From the NCBI RefSeq assembly GCF_003428155.1, contig NZ_QLIR01000025.1, positions 1-24,088 on the forward strand: a DNA stretch of 24,088 nt. The letters are read 5' to 3'. The position numbers and the translations under genes are program-made. Positions 1 through 10,264 of this stretch are shown piece by piece. Position 1 is the stretch's first letter; each line of letters starts with the position of its first letter. This stretch comes from Fastidiosibacter lacustris. GTDB lineage: Bacteria; Pseudomonadota; Gammaproteobacteria; Francisellales; Francisellaceae. The notes under the pieces were generated by a model. That model made no database searches and was not told the DNA's origin. It saw only the letters and a program-made list of their open reading frames with translations.

Positions 1-6
1 GAGAGT

Positions 7-123
7 TACCTGATGATAATAGCGACTGTGAACCACCTGAATCCATTCCGAACTCAGAAGTGAAAACAGTTAGCGTCGATGATAGTGTGGCATTCGTCAT
101 GTGAAAGTAGAACATCATCAGGT
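7..123 (+). rRNA. rrf: 5S ribosomal RNA, complete (distal end of an rrn operon; 23S would lie upstream of the window)
   Basis: Collinear by eye with bacterial 5S over its whole length (CCACCTGAATCCATTCCGAACTCAGAAGTGAAA, GATGATAGTGTGG). The terminal arms TACCTGATGAT (7-17) and ATCATCAGGT (114-123) are complementary and form helix I. Length ~117 nt. A T6 run at 123-128 follows directly. Confidence 0.85.
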
Positions 124-386
124 TTTTTATTTGTCATTAGTTTATCAATACGATAAAAACGACCCTTCCCTCTTTAACTTTTTTAAAATATCCTGTATAC
201 AATCGAAGTCTTCATATCACTTCAATTTGGCAATTCCCATTTTTACTAATGGCAACACCACCAAAAAGCCCTTTGAAAACAAGTCCTTAAAATCAAACTT
301 TGAGTACAACTAGTCTCTTAGCAGAAAATAAAAAACATTATATACAGAGGGGTTCTATGATAGCCAATGGAACTTTTCTTTTTTTG

Positions 387-395
387 TGGTACAAT
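387..395 (+). promoter_or_regulatory. Candidate extended -10 promoter element (TGgTACAAT) upstream of hemA
   Basis: TG at 387-388, one spacer base, then TACAAT at 390-395, ~70 nt upstream of the hemA ATG. No good -35 hexamer at 17 bp. Sequence pattern only. Confidence 0.25.
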
Positions 396-464
396 GTCGA
401 CCAATTTTCAGTGGCTGAATGACTTGTCATAGCTGAAATAGCTGATCAATATAAAGGTACCTAG

Positions 465-1709
465 ATGACACTTATTTCTTTAGCAATTGATTATAAAAAA
501 GCATCCCTTGACGTTCGTGGAGCATTTGCACTTGAAACTGAGTGTTTGTCAAGTTATTTACAATCGCTTAAAGCACAAGCAGGTGTGAGGCAATGTATGA
601 TTTTATCTACTTGCAATCGCACTGAAATCTATGTTGTGTTGTCTGAATTACGTCAGCTTGATTTGGTAATTGCTTGGTGGCAGATAAATGCCAAAAGGGC
701 GGACTTAGATCTTAAAAATTATCTTATCATCCGCCAAGAAACACACGTTGTTCACCACTTGATGCGTTTGAGTTGTGGTCTGGAATCAATGGTACTTGGT
801 GAGCCGCAAATACTCGGACAAATAAAACAAGCTTACGCTCAAGCAATAACTGTTGGAACTTTGGGAGGAACGCTAAACCGCCTTTGTCAGAAGGTATTTT
901 CAGTGGCCAAATATACCCGCTTTCATACTGATATTGGTCAATGTCCTGTTTCAGTTGCTTTTTCTGCTATAAGCTTAGCTAGGCAACACCTTGATCACTT
1001 CGAAGATAAAACGATCTTGGTTATTGGTGCGGGAGACACTGCTAACTTAGTTGCAAGACACCTTAATTCATGTATGCCAAAAGCGCTTTTTATTGCTAAT
1101 CGAACATTAGATAAAGCCCAAAAGGTAGCTGATCAGTATCGCGCCAAAGCATTTGATTTGAACGCTTTAGACGAGTTGGTTAATCAAGCGGATATTATTG
1201 TCAGTGCGGTGAGGTGCCCAGGTTTTATGGTAACGGTCGATATGTTGACAAAAAATACAGGTTATAAGCTACTGATAGATCTATCTGTACCAAGGGTTAT
1301 CGATCCGATGCTTGACCATCTGTCTCATATTACAACTTATTGTGTCGACGATATTCAAGGGTTAATTCAAACGAATAAGGCTCTACGCGAAAAAGCGGCT
1401 TTACGCGCGGAAAAATGGATTGAAAAAGGCTTAAATGATTACATCAATCATGAAAAAGCAATTCTCTCAGATTCTACAATCAAAGCGATGCGTGCTCAGA
1501 CGAAAGACATTATTGATGAGGAGCTAAGCCGTTGTTTGCGTCGTTTAGAAAATGGTGAAGATCCTAAAATGGTATTAACGCGCTTTGCTCACAATCTTAA
1601 TAATAAATGGCTGCATACACCTAGTGTATCGTTACGAAATGCAGCCGTTCAAGGGCGTAATGATATATTGGGTTACGCTGAGGAAATTTTTGGTTTAAAA
1701 GGTAGATAA
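465..1709 (+). CDS. hemA: Glutamyl-tRNA reductase
   Basis: 414-aa ORF. The N-terminus [19 protein letters not shown] and the active-site motif [10 protein letters not shown] are characteristic of the family. [15 protein letters not shown] is a Rossmann NADPH site. Classic hemA-prfA-prmC synteny. Confidence 0.93.
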   Translation: MTLISLAIDYKKASLDVRGAFALETECLSSYLQSLKAQAGVRQCMILSTCNRTEIYVVLSELRQLDLVIAWWQINAKRADLDLKNYLIIRQETHVVHHLMRLSCGLESMVLGEPQILGQIKQAYAQAITVGTLGGTLNRLCQKVFSVAKYTRFHTDIGQCPVSVAFSAISLARQHLDHFEDKTILVIGAGDTANLVARHLNSCMPKALFIANRTLDKAQKVADQYRAKAFDLNALDELVNQADIIVSAVRCPGFMVTVDMLTKNTGYKLLIDLSVPRVIDPMLDHLSHITTYCVDDIQGLIQTNKALREKAALRAEKWIEKGLNDYINHEKAILSDSTIKAMRAQTKDIIDEELSRCLRRLENGEDPKMVLTRFAHNLNNKWLHTPSVSLRNAAVQGRNDILGYAEEIFGLKGR

Positions 1710-1717
1710 TAATATTT

Positions 1718-2809
1718 ATGAAAGAGTCAATCAAAAGAAAACTACAAGGCTTAATTGAGCGTCATGAAGAAATTGGTGTACTTCTTGGAGAAGCCGAAAT
1801 TATTAGTGACCAAAGTAAGTTTCGTGATCTGTCAAAAGAATATGCCCAACTTGAGCCCTTAGTCACAACCTTTAAAGCGTACGATAAAGCACAACAAGAC
1901 ATTATCAGCACCAAAGAAATGCTCAAAGAAAGTGACACTGAAATGAGAGAAATGGCTAAAGAAGAGCTTGTCCAAACCGAACAAAAGATGGAGCGTTTAA
2001 CAAAAGACCTGGAAATTCTGTTGTTACCTAAAGATCCTAATGACAGCGCTAATGTATTTTTAGAAATACGTGCAGGAACGGGAGGTGATGAGGCCGCTAT
2101 TTTTTCTGGTGATTTGTTTAGAATGTATAGTCGCTATGCTGAAACTAAAGGTTGGAAAATAGAAATCGTAAGTCAAAGTGAAGGTGAACATGGGGGATTT
2201 AAAGAAATTATTACCAAGGTTTCGGGTGAAAACGTTTACTCACAACTTAAGTTTGAATCTGGTGCCCATCGTGTGCAACGCGTACCTGCCACAGAATCCC
2301 AAGGTAGAGTTCATACTTCAGCCTGCACAGTTGCTGTCATGCCAGAAGCAGATGAAGTTGAAGGTATTGAAATTAATCCTGCTGACTTAAAAGTCGATAC
2401 GTTTAGAGCATCAGGGGCAGGTGGTCAACATATCAACAAAACAGATTCGGCTATTCGCATCACACATATTCCAACGGGTGTAGTTGTCGAGTGCCAAGAT
2501 CAGCGTTCCCAACACAAAAACCGTGCCCAAGCGATGTCAATGTTAAAAGCTAAGCTTTTACAAGCAGAAATAGATAAGCAGCAGCAACAGCAGTCTAGCC
2601 AGCGCAAGAGCCTTGTTGGTAGTGGTGATAGATCAGAACGTATTCGCACTTATAATTTCCCGCAGGGGCGTGTTACTGATCATCGAATTAATCTTACACT
2701 CTATAAGCTTGATGAAGTCATGGAAGGTGACCTTGGGTCAGTAATACAGCCACTTATTCAAGAATATCAAGCTGACTTATTAGTTCAAATGTCGGAAGAC
2801 AATGGCTAA
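1718..2809 (+). CDS. prfA: Peptide chain release factor 1
   Basis: 363-aa ORF with the RF1-specific PAT tripeptide ([14 protein letters not shown]), the GGQ motif ([23 protein letters not shown]) and [20 protein letters not shown]. Starts 9 nt after the hemA stop. Confidence 0.96.
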   Translation: MKESIKRKLQGLIERHEEIGVLLGEAEIISDQSKFRDLSKEYAQLEPLVTTFKAYDKAQQDIISTKEMLKESDTEMREMAKEELVQTEQKMERLTKDLEILLLPKDPNDSANVFLEIRAGTGGDEAAIFSGDLFRMYSRYAETKGWKIEIVSQSEGEHGGFKEIITKVSGENVYSQLKFESGAHRVQRVPATESQGRVHTSACTVAVMPEADEVEGIEINPADLKVDTFRASGAGGQHINKTDSAIRITHIPTGVVVECQDQRSQHKNRAQAMSMLKAKLLQAEIDKQQQQQSSQRKSLVGSGDRSERIRTYNFPQGRVTDHRINLTLYKLDEVMEGDLGSVIQPLIQEYQADLLVQMSEDNG

Positions 2810-3668
2810 TACCATCAAGACCATTCTTCTTAGCTACCCTCAACGCTTAAACGGCATTTCTGATACGGTAAGGCTTGATGTTGAGTGTTTGCTTTGTCAT
2901 GTATTAAATGTTTCTAAAAGCTACCTTTATACTTGGTCAGAAAAGCAATTGACCCAAGCACAGCTTTACCAGTTTAATCGACTTTTTGATGAACGCCTAC
3001 AGGGCAAGCCCGTTGCTTATCTTACTGGTAAACAGGGTTTTTGGAATTTAGAGTTAATAGTGAACGAGCATACGCTTATCCCGCGAGCTGATACTGAAGT
3101 GCTTATTGATGCTATTCTTAACCGATTCGCAAATGCCTCAGACTTGACAGTGTTGGATCTTGGTACAGGAAGTGGTGCTATTGCATTGGCTTTGGCAAAC
3201 TCAAAGCCAAGCTGGAATGTTATTGCGGTAGATAACTGCCTTAAGGCACTCACAATTGCCAAAGAGAACGCTCAACGACATGGTATTGATAATGTCACTT
3301 TTTTGTGTGGTAGTTGGTATCAACCCTTAGCTAATGAAAGTTTTGACATTATTGTTTCTAATCCACCCTACATCGATAAAAATGACCAAGCTTTATGTGA
3401 TAAAGTACGTCAATATGAACCAAATAATGCACTTATTGCGAATAATAACGGATTAGCGGATATTGCACATATTATCACGCATGGTAAATGCTATCTAAAA
3501 CCCAGTGGTTTTATGATTATTGAACATGGCTATCAACAGGCCAAAGATGTGGCTGAACTTTTTAAGCAATATAGCTATACAGATGTTTTACATTATTATG
3601 ACCTTGCTCACCATAAACGGGCAACAAGTGCCAACGCAGAAATTCTTAAAACAATGATATTTCGATAA
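2802..3668 (+). CDS. prmC: Release factor glutamine N5-methyltransferase (HemK/PrmC)
   Basis: 288-aa ORF. SAM-binding motif [15 protein letters not shown] and catalytic NPPY ([11 protein letters not shown]). Overlaps the prfA stop by 8 nt and sits in the conserved position after prfA. Confidence 0.9.
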   Translation: MANTIKTILLSYPQRLNGISDTVRLDVECLLCHVLNVSKSYLYTWSEKQLTQAQLYQFNRLFDERLQGKPVAYLTGKQGFWNLELIVNEHTLIPRADTEVLIDAILNRFANASDLTVLDLGTGSGAIALALANSKPSWNVIAVDNCLKALTIAKENAQRHGIDNVTFLCGSWYQPLANESFDIIVSNPPYIDKNDQALCDKVRQYEPNNALIANNNGLADIAHIITHGKCYLKPSGFMIIEHGYQQAKDVAELFKQYSYTDVLHYYDLAHHKRATSANAEILKTMIFR

Positions 3669-3769
3669 GGTTTGTTGCATTACACAGCATCTTAAACTCA
3701 AATAAAATTATGATTTAAAGTTTCTGAAGACATCAGCTTAGCAAATGAAATTTCAAAGTGGCTGCTTGT

Positions 3770-4603
3770 TTAGGCATAACTTGTTCGCCACATAGGTGAT
3801 GTTTGAGTCGTCAATGTTGCAACTTGCTCGGTAGAAAAAGTATTAAAAAAATTTAATCCTGTGCGCTGTTCGACTTCTTTAACCGATACACGGTATTTGG
3901 CAACATCTTTCTTATCTATATTAGCGTTGGGCATGATAAAAGCAATCGACTTATTCTGCCTTGGTGCATAGATTACTTTAAAGAAATATTCAGGCACGAA
4001 AACTTTGTTTTTGCCGATTGTTTTGTGTGTTTTACTGTTTTTAAACACAGGGCCCGTATAAACATAGAGCTCTTGATACATCTGCGCCCAAAAGCGCACA
4101 TCCCCTTCAAGCTTAGCCCAGCCTTTACGATTTAATCCCGGTCTTTGTGGTGACATATTTGAGAGATAAAAGGATTGAGTGGCACTTGTTTTACTGAAGT
4201 CCATCGACGCATAAGGCGCCAAGTGTCCACGGTCATAACCACTATTTTTATAGTCCGAAAGTTCAGCACGATATTTAAAAGGTATAGTAGGATCGCTCTG
4301 AAATTCATCCTGTCTTTTTTTCTTATTTGAAGCAGATTTGGCAGTTAAACGATATGCCACCCAGCTAGGTTGTTTTGTTGTATAGTTATATCCAACAATA
4401 TAGCCTTCACGGCAAAGATATAAATCAACTTTGCCACCAGGGCTGCCATATTTTAAAAAGCCATTGCAATAGTTAGTGGTTGCTGGCAATGTGGTAATAG
4501 CGCTTTGAGTCAAGCTCGTTATATTGGCAAAACTTAAACGTGTAAATGCCAGCACCATTATAGTGAGTAAAATAGGATAATAACGAATAAGTCGCGTAAC
4601 CAT
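3770..4603 (-). CDS. Secreted DNA/RNA non-specific endonuclease (NucA/EndoG beta-beta-alpha-Me family)
   Basis: 277-aa ORF. Hydrophobic N-terminal signal-like segment (ILLTIMVLAFTRLSFA). Family active-site motif SGYDRGHLAPYA followed by SNMSPQ. Confidence 0.8.
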   Translation of the reverse strand: MVTRLIRYYPILLTIMVLAFTRLSFANITSLTQSAITTLPATTNYCNGFLKYGSPGGKVDLYLCREGYIVGYNYTTKQPSWVAYRLTAKSASNKKKRQDEFQSDPTIPFKYRAELSDYKNSGYDRGHLAPYASMDFSKTSATQSFYLSNMSPQRPGLNRKGWAKLEGDVRFWAQMYQELYVYTGPVFKNSKTHKTIGKNKVFVPEYFFKVIYAPRQNKSIAFIMPNANIDKKDVAKYRVSVKEVEQRTGLNFFNTFSTEQVATLTTQTSPMWRTSYA

Positions 4604-4736
4604 AATATATTATTAATTCAATGTGCGGGGACCTTAAGATATAAGAAACTTACCCAATAATAAAGCTTTTATGCGCTAAGTTTTGACCATTGCCGTAAAA
4701 TTTCGAAGATAAAATAAATTGTAGATTAGTTAAAAG

Positions 4737-5849
4737 TTAAATCTTGAAGTAATTACTCATTACTTTAAACACTTCATCGCCTTCGTGCATCGTTGCTGAA
4801 GAGGTTCTTGTTAGCAAAATAGCATTAATTGGCAGCGTAATTTCAATCGCTTCTTGTATTCCCAAAATACTGCTTTGTGTATGCAAAGAGCCTAATTTCA
4901 CATGCTTGTTATGAATTTTTCCTAATTGTGCATCGTCATATTCTATTATTCCACCCAATGATGCACGCACTCGGAAAAAGTCAGCTTCTTGACAGCCATA
5001 TTTTTTATCCTGAGTTTCGGGGATGTTATTGTTTTGAATATAAGCAATCATACCGTTTAATAAATTTTGTGCTGACTTACTATCAAATGTTTCTTTATTA
5101 CCCATCTCGTAAGTAAAAGCGTGCTTGGGTGATTGTTGTTCCTCACCTGTCAATTCGTTCCAATAGGTTATCAACTGCCACCACGGGTAAAAGATAGCTT
5201 GATTGAAACAACCGCTTGGCTCATTTGGGGTGAAGATAAAGTAATCACTGATAAAGTGACATAGACGCTTATCTTTTAAATAACTTGGCGCATAAATATA
5301 AGGAACTGATATTGAGTCACAATGTAGATCAAAGCTAAAGTCTGCATCCAAAGCAAGCTTATGCAGTGTATTGGCAAGCTTTTCATGAGGTGCAATATCG
5401 TGTTGGATACAAACTTGAAGGCGTTTGGACAAAAGCTTATGAAATGCCTGACATAATTGATCAAAACCTTGGTTTTGATACTTTACTACAAACTCTTGTA
5501 AGTCGATTTTATCCAATCCACAAACAGGCATAAGCAAATTTTTAAACCCTCGATTCCAATTTTCTCCAGTCTTGGTATCAAAACGACCATAGGTATATTC
5601 GCCAATTTTAATATCCATTGCAAATGGGTTAGCAAATGGCACAAGTGTGACATTATAAGGAAAGTCATTTTTTTCTAAAAACTCTCGCATTGCCTTTATC
5701 AAGGCAATCCCATTGGTTTCAGCAGCATGTAAAGCAGCTTGTAAATACACATTGGCTTTTGCTTGCGGGTGCCGATACTCAATAACACTGATCTTATGTG
5801 CTAAACCAGAAATCATTGTTCTTAAAGGAATCTTTCGAATGTTTATCAT
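4737..5849 (-). CDS. Succinylglutamate desuccinylase/aspartoacylase (AstE/AspA, M14-like zinc hydrolase) family protein
   Basis: 370-aa ORF. The N-terminal zinc-ligand pattern LQAALHAAETNG matches the HxxE motif of this family. Its ATG overlaps the dapF stop (ATGA at 5846-5849). Confidence 0.5.
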   Translation of the reverse strand: MINIRKIPLRTMISGLAHKISVIEYRHPQAKANVYLQAALHAAETNGIALIKAMREFLEKNDFPYNVTLVPFANPFAMDIKIGEYTYGRFDTKTGENWNRGFKNLLMPVCGLDKIDLQEFVVKYQNQGFDQLCQAFHKLLSKRLQVCIQHDIAPHEKLANTLHKLALDADFSFDLHCDSISVPYIYAPSYLKDKRLCHFISDYFIFTPNEPSGCFNQAIFYPWWQLITYWNELTGEEQQSPKHAFTYEMGNKETFDSKSAQNLLNGMIAYIQNNNIPETQDKKYGCQEADFFRVRASLGGIIEYDDAQLGKIHNKHVKLGSLHTQSSILGIQEAIEITLPINAILLTRTSSATMHEGDEVFKVMSNYFKI

Positions 5850-6637
5850 CTTATTACTCTTATTTCACCATCAAAGACATGTACAACCGAGCCTACTAAC
5901 ACATAGCCATTATCAACCACGTTTACTTCGAGTTCAGCAACTGCATTTTCTACCTTAACAGCTGAAGTTAAAAAACCCAAGTAAATACCAGCAAACACCG
6001 AAGCAATACTGCCACTGCCACAAGATGGTGTTACTCCTGTTCCACGTTCCCAATGTTGGACATAAATTTTATCTTTAGCTAAACGTTTAACACAATGCAC
6101 ATTAATACCATCTATGTATTGTCGTTGTATTGTTTGTCCAAGCGTATTAAAATCAAATGCTGGTGCATTTGCCTTAAGCCAAAGTACTAAGTGAGGATTA
6201 CCAACATCGACCTCAATTCCGTATTCAAATAATTGACTACCAGCTAAATTATAGGTCAGTGGTTTTAAGATCGGTAGTCCAAGGTTAACACTGATAGTGT
6301 CTTTTGAGGCGCGCTGGCACGCATAATGCTTGCCTTCTACTTCAATTGTAATCGACTCTTGGTGCATATTTTCTTTCAGGAATAAATATGCCACAGCGCG
6401 CAAACCATTACCACACTGTTTTGCCTGGCTGCCATCTTGATTATAAATGGATATTTTCACATCCGCTATCTGAGAAGCTCTTATTAATAACAACTGATCA
6501 GCACCTATCCCAAAACGTCGATCACATAGGTTTTGGATTTCTCCTAATTGCCAATCACATTGTCCTTTACGCTCATCAATTACAATAAAATCATTACCCA
6601 ATGCGCACATTTTGTGAAATTTCAATACTTTACTCAC
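5846..6637 (-). CDS. dapF: Diaminopimelate epimerase
   Basis: 263-aa ORF. N-terminus KFHKMCALGNDFIVID and the two catalytic Cys motifs (QCGNGLRAVA, SCGSGSIA). GTG start at 6637 overlaps the stop of the upstream KS gene. Confidence 0.9.
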   Translation of the reverse strand: MSKVLKFHKMCALGNDFIVIDERKGQCDWQLGEIQNLCDRRFGIGADQLLLIRASQIADVKISIYNQDGSQAKQCGNGLRAVAYLFLKENMHQESITIEVEGKHYACQRASKDTISVNLGLPILKPLTYNLAGSQLFEYGIEVDVGNPHLVLWLKANAPAFDFNTLGQTIQRQYIDGINVHCVKRLAKDKIYVQHWERGTGVTPSCGSGSIASVFAGIYLGFLTSAVKVENAVAELEVNVVDNGYVLVGSVVHVFDGEIRVIR

Positions 6638-7868
6638 TCACATAATCCTTAATAATCAATGATGTATTAATTCCACCAAAGGCAAAATTATTACTCATAA
6701 TGTATTTTGGTTTTAACTGCCGTGGGATACCGATAATATAATCAAGCTTAGCGCATTCACTATCGACTTCGGACAAATTTAACGTTGGCATAAATATACC
6801 TTCTTTCATCATCATAATTGAAAGCCAAACTTCAAGTGCGCCACACGCACCAAGCGTATGTCCAAAGTTACCCTTTAATGAGCTCACTGCAACACGATCA
6901 CCAAATATAGAAAAGGTTGCATGACTTTCAGCTACATCTCCTTGTTCAGTTGCGGTACCATGTGTTGAAATGTAGCCAATGGCACTTGGATCAATGGCAG
7001 CATCATTTAATGCTAGTTTCAACGCATCACACATTTTATCAGCTGTTGGCTGAGTAATATGTTTGGCATCACAATTTGTACCAAATCCAACTATTTCTGC
7101 ATAAATATAGGCACCACGTTTTTTAGCGTGTTCATATTCTTCCAACACCAATGTACAGGCGCCTTCTCCAATTACAAGACCATCGCGATTTTTATCAAAT
7201 GGGCTTGGAGTTGTGTGAGGGGCGTCATTTTTTTGGCTTGTTGCAAACAAAGTATCAAAGATTGTGACTTGGCTTGGACATAGCTCTTCTGCTCCACCTG
7301 TAAGCATAATTTTTTGATAACCATGCTTTATTGTTTCATAGGCATAACCAATTGCTTGTGAGCTTGATGTACAAGCACTTGACGTTGGGATCACACGTCC
7401 AGTCAACCCTAAAAATAGTGCGAGATTGACTGCACAAGTATGACTCATTGATTTAACATACGTTGTGGCGCTTACATTTTTCACCGTTTTTTCGGTTTCA
7501 ATTTTGATTAAATCACATAAAGCTTGTGTGCTACCTGAGCACGAGCCATAGGCAATACCAATTTCTCCACTTTCCAATAACGTTTTATCTTCAAGTAAGT
7601 TAGCATCAATCAACGCCTTCTCCGAAGCAACACTCGCCAATTGTGCCACTCTACCCATTCCCCTTAGCTGTTTACGCGTATAATGTGCTGGCACTTTAAA
7701 ATTTAGGATTGGAGCCCCCAAACTTGTATGTAAGCCTTTAATTTTTTTCCATTCTTCCATACTTTTAGTTGCTGTTTTAGCCGATATAAGCGCTTGTTTA
7801 ATCTCTTGCCAACTATTGCCTAATGCGGTAATGCCTCCCATTCCTGTAACAACCACACGTTTTGTCAT
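6630..7868 (-). CDS. Beta-ketoacyl-ACP synthase (KAS I/II, FabF/ApeR-like)
   Basis: Thiolase-fold condensing enzyme. Active-site Cys in SSACTSSSQAIG, His motifs STHGTATEQGD and FGHTLGACGA, C-terminal NNFAFGGINTSLI. Start set at MTKRVVVTGMGG (ATG 7868), which forms an ATGA overlap with the upstream reductase stop. The track start at 7928 is an upstream extension. Confidence 0.85.
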   Translation of the reverse strand: MTKRVVVTGMGGITALGNSWQEIKQALISAKTATKSMEEWKKIKGLHTSLGAPILNFKVPAHYTRKQLRGMGRVAQLASVASEKALIDANLLEDKTLLESGEIGIAYGSCSGSTQALCDLIKIETEKTVKNVSATTYVKSMSHTCAVNLALFLGLTGRVIPTSSACTSSSQAIGYAYETIKHGYQKIMLTGGAEELCPSQVTIFDTLFATSQKNDAPHTTPSPFDKNRDGLVIGEGACTLVLEEYEHAKKRGAYIYAEIVGFGTNCDAKHITQPTADKMCDALKLALNDAAIDPSAIGYISTHGTATEQGDVAESHATFSIFGDRVAVSSLKGNFGHTLGACGALEVWLSIMMMKEGIFMPTLNLSEVDSECAKLDYIIGIPRQLKPKYIMSNNFAFGGINTSLIIKDYVSE

Positions 7869-8590
7869 ATCAAACCTCCATTGACAGAGATAATTTGACG
7901 TGTGACATAGCTTGCAGCATCTGAACAAAGAAAATTAATCACTGAAGCCACTTCTTCTGCCTTCCCTGCGCGACGCATAGGAATATATTTTTCAATTTCA
8001 TCTTTATACTCCAGATCACTAGTCATGTTTGTTTCGATCAGACCAGGTGCGACGCAATTTACTGTAATTTTGCGTTTGGCAAGCTCTAGTGCCAAGGCCT
8101 TTGTTGCACCAATAATACCTGATTTTGCAGCACTATAATTAACCTGTCCTCTATTACCAGCTATCCCAGAAACGGAGGCCAAAGTAACAATTCTTCCTCC
8201 TTTTCTTAATTGAATCATCGGCATAATACAAGGCTTTAGTACATTATAAAATCCATCTAAATTGGTATGGATGATTTTATCCCACGCTTCTGCGTCCATC
8301 GCTGGGAAAGCCACATCTTCGCAAATGCCTGCATTGTTGACAATAGCATAAAACGCACCATTTCGAGCAATTTCTTGTTCTAATTTTGTAAAACAATCTT
8401 GTCTATTTTCAAGATTAAATTGGATCAAATTTGCTTGACCACCTTTGGTTTGTATCTCATCAATTGTATATCTTGCACCTTCCTCATCACGATTATAATG
8501 CACAACCAACTCAAATCCAGATTGCGCCAACATAATTGCTGTTGCTTGACCAATACCTTTACTTGCGCCTGTTACTAATACTCTTCTCAT
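7865..8590 (-). CDS. fabG: 3-oxoacyl-ACP reductase (SDR, FabG/ApeQ-like)
   Basis: 241-aa ORF. TGASKGIG cofactor motif, NNAG, and catalytic YSAAK. Embedded between a hotdog dehydratase and a KS. Confidence 0.85.
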   Translation of the reverse strand: MRRVLVTGASKGIGQATAIMLAQSGFELVVHYNRDEEGARYTIDEIQTKGGQANLIQFNLENRQDCFTKLEQEIARNGAFYAIVNNAGICEDVAFPAMDAEAWDKIIHTNLDGFYNVLKPCIMPMIQLRKGGRIVTLASVSGIAGNRGQVNYSAAKSGIIGATKALALELAKRKITVNCVAPGLIETNMTSDLEYKDEIEKYIPMRRAGKAEEVASVINFLCSDAASYVTRQIISVNGGLI

Positions 8591-9045
8591 TAAAACGTTT
8601 TCCCTTTAACAATTTGTTCGAATTCTTTAGCGCTTGGCTGATAAGCACTGAATTTTGCAGTTGCTATACATTTGCCATGCAGTTGAATTTGACACAAAAA
8701 CACACCAATTGGGTCAATGATCATTTCTTTATTAGCAATGATCGTTAGCATTTCACCTTTGGCAAACACAGATTGTTTTGTTTTGAAATTACGTACACTT
8801 ATCATGAAGCCACGCCTGGGTGTATGATCACTTTCGCTGCCTTCAAAATAAGCAAGTGCAGCTGATGCTTGCGCCATCATTTCAATACCTACCCAAGCAT
8901 ATATACCTTGAATTTGATAATCGTAAAAGACATGGTTTGCAGTAATTTTTGCTGTACATATCGCTTGCTCTTCATTTATATAATCCAATGAGTCAATCAA
9001 GCGCATTGGTGGACTTTGCGGGATGATTTCTGCTAAATGATACAT
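8590..9045 (-). CDS. Hotdog-fold 3-hydroxyacyl-ACP dehydratase-like protein (ApeP-like)
   Basis: 151-aa ORF. Pattern PQSPPMRLIDSL ... GIEMMAQASAA ... RGFMISVRNF is typical of the small stand-alone dehydratases found beside KS/KR genes. Its stop codon shares 1 nt with the fabG-like start codon. Confidence 0.6.
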   Translation of the reverse strand: MYHLAEIIPQSPPMRLIDSLDYINEEQAICTAKITANHVFYDYQIQGIYAWVGIEMMAQASAALAYFEGSESDHTPRRGFMISVRNFKTKQSVFAKGEMLTIIANKEMIIDPIGVFLCQIQLHGKCIATAKFSAYQPSAKEFEQIVKGKTF

Positions 9046-9048
9046 AAA

Positions 9049-10260
9049 TCATTCCTTACTCAATGATGTTTTAAACGACGAGTTTGCTGCAATAATTAGA
9101 CTTATATTATTACCACCAAAAGCAAAGGAGTTACTCATAAAATATGGTTTTTGCCAAATACTATTATCACCTGTTAATTTGATTTTGGGTAAATTTGGAT
9201 CAAAATTATCATTGCCAACTTGGGCAGGTAATTGTTTATCTGGATTATATTCAGTAGATAGTAAAAGCCAACATAAGCCCAATTCAGTTGCACTTGCTGC
9301 ACCCAAGGTGTGACCTGTTAATGGTTTAGTTGAACTACAATATACTTGATCAGTAAAAATATCAAAAATTGCTTTGCTTTCGATTTCATCATTTTTTTGT
9401 GTTGCTGTGCCATGTGTATTGATATATCCAATATCATCAGGGTTTAAATTTGCATCCTTTAATGCCTTTAGCATTGCCACTTTAGCTCCCATGCCTTCTG
9501 GATCAGGAGCGGTGATATGATACGCATCAGAAGTTTCTCCACCTCCGACAAATATTATTTCACTTTGATGTTTACTTAAGATAAAAAGTGACGCTCCTTC
9601 ACCAATGTTAATACCATCTCTATCAATCTGAAAAGGTTTACAAATATTAGAAGTCATTGAATCTAATGCATCAAAACCATTAAGTGGCACCTGTGATAAC
9701 GTATCTGAGCCACCTACAATACAAAGTTCACATATATTGGCCTCAATTAATCGCTTTGCCGCCATAAACGTTTTTCCACTAGATGAGCATGCTGTTGAAA
9801 TCGTATATATCGGTCCTTTAGCACCACAAAGATCAGCCACAAATTGTGCCATTTTGCCAAACTCTTGTTTGTGATAATGAAAACGCCTAGGCATAGCTTT
9901 AGTTTTAGCATGTACTATATAAGCTTGTTCACTTTCCAAAATACCAGCTGTACTAGTTCCAAGAATAACTGCAATGCGAGCAGGATTAATGCTGGCAGAC
10001 AAGCTTCGATAGTTTTTTTGGATTTGGCTAAATGCTGCTAACAGCATTCGATTGTTACGGCAATCAATCTTAGCATAACGCTTATCTAAAGCTGGTAATT
10101 CACAACTTACTTGACCAACGTAGGTTTTTCTACCACTAAAAAGCTGATCATATGGTTTTAAAGCTGTTTTATTTGTCAAAAGTGCACGTGCAATTTCTGC
10201 TTTATTACAACCTAAAGCATTGATAGCACCCATGTCATTAATATAAATTTTACTGTGCAT
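9049..10260 (-). CDS. Beta-ketoacyl synthase (KAS, ApeO/FabB-like)
   Basis: 403-aa ORF. Active-site Cys in ISTACSSSGKTF, His motifs NTHGTATQKND and TGHTLGAASA, C-terminal NSFAFGGNNISLI. Confidence 0.85.
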   Translation of the reverse strand: MHSKIYINDMGAINALGCNKAEIARALLTNKTALKPYDQLFSGRKTYVGQVSCELPALDKRYAKIDCRNNRMLLAAFSQIQKNYRSLSASINPARIAVILGTSTAGILESEQAYIVHAKTKAMPRRFHYHKQEFGKMAQFVADLCGAKGPIYTISTACSSSGKTFMAAKRLIEANICELCIVGGSDTLSQVPLNGFDALDSMTSNICKPFQIDRDGINIGEGASLFILSKHQSEIIFVGGGETSDAYHITAPDPEGMGAKVAMLKALKDANLNPDDIGYINTHGTATQKNDEIESKAIFDIFTDQVYCSSTKPLTGHTLGAASATELGLCWLLLSTEYNPDKQLPAQVGNDNFDPNLPKIKLTGDNSIWQKPYFMSNSFAFGGNNISLIIAANSSFKTSLSKE

Positions 10261-10264
10261 ACTC

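Noticed and set aside
101-313. 70-aa ORF in the track.
   Set aside because: Its first codons lie inside the 5S rRNA gene. The rest is AT-rich spacer with no SD and a low-complexity, Asn/Phe/Lys-rich composition. Most likely spurious.
2579-2593. CAG/CAA run (QQQQQ) in prfA, considered as a possible slippage-prone repeat.
   Set aside because: It is short and interrupted, and it falls in the variable linker region of RF1. There is no evidence of phase variation.
7869-7928. Upstream N-terminal extension of the KS ORF in the track. Similar extensions occur at 10850-10879, 12556-12564, 15525-15596 and 16735-16776.
   Set aside because: In each case an internal start with an SD and/or an ATGA stop-start overlap gives an N-terminus matching the family consensus. 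The extensions overlap the upstream gene.
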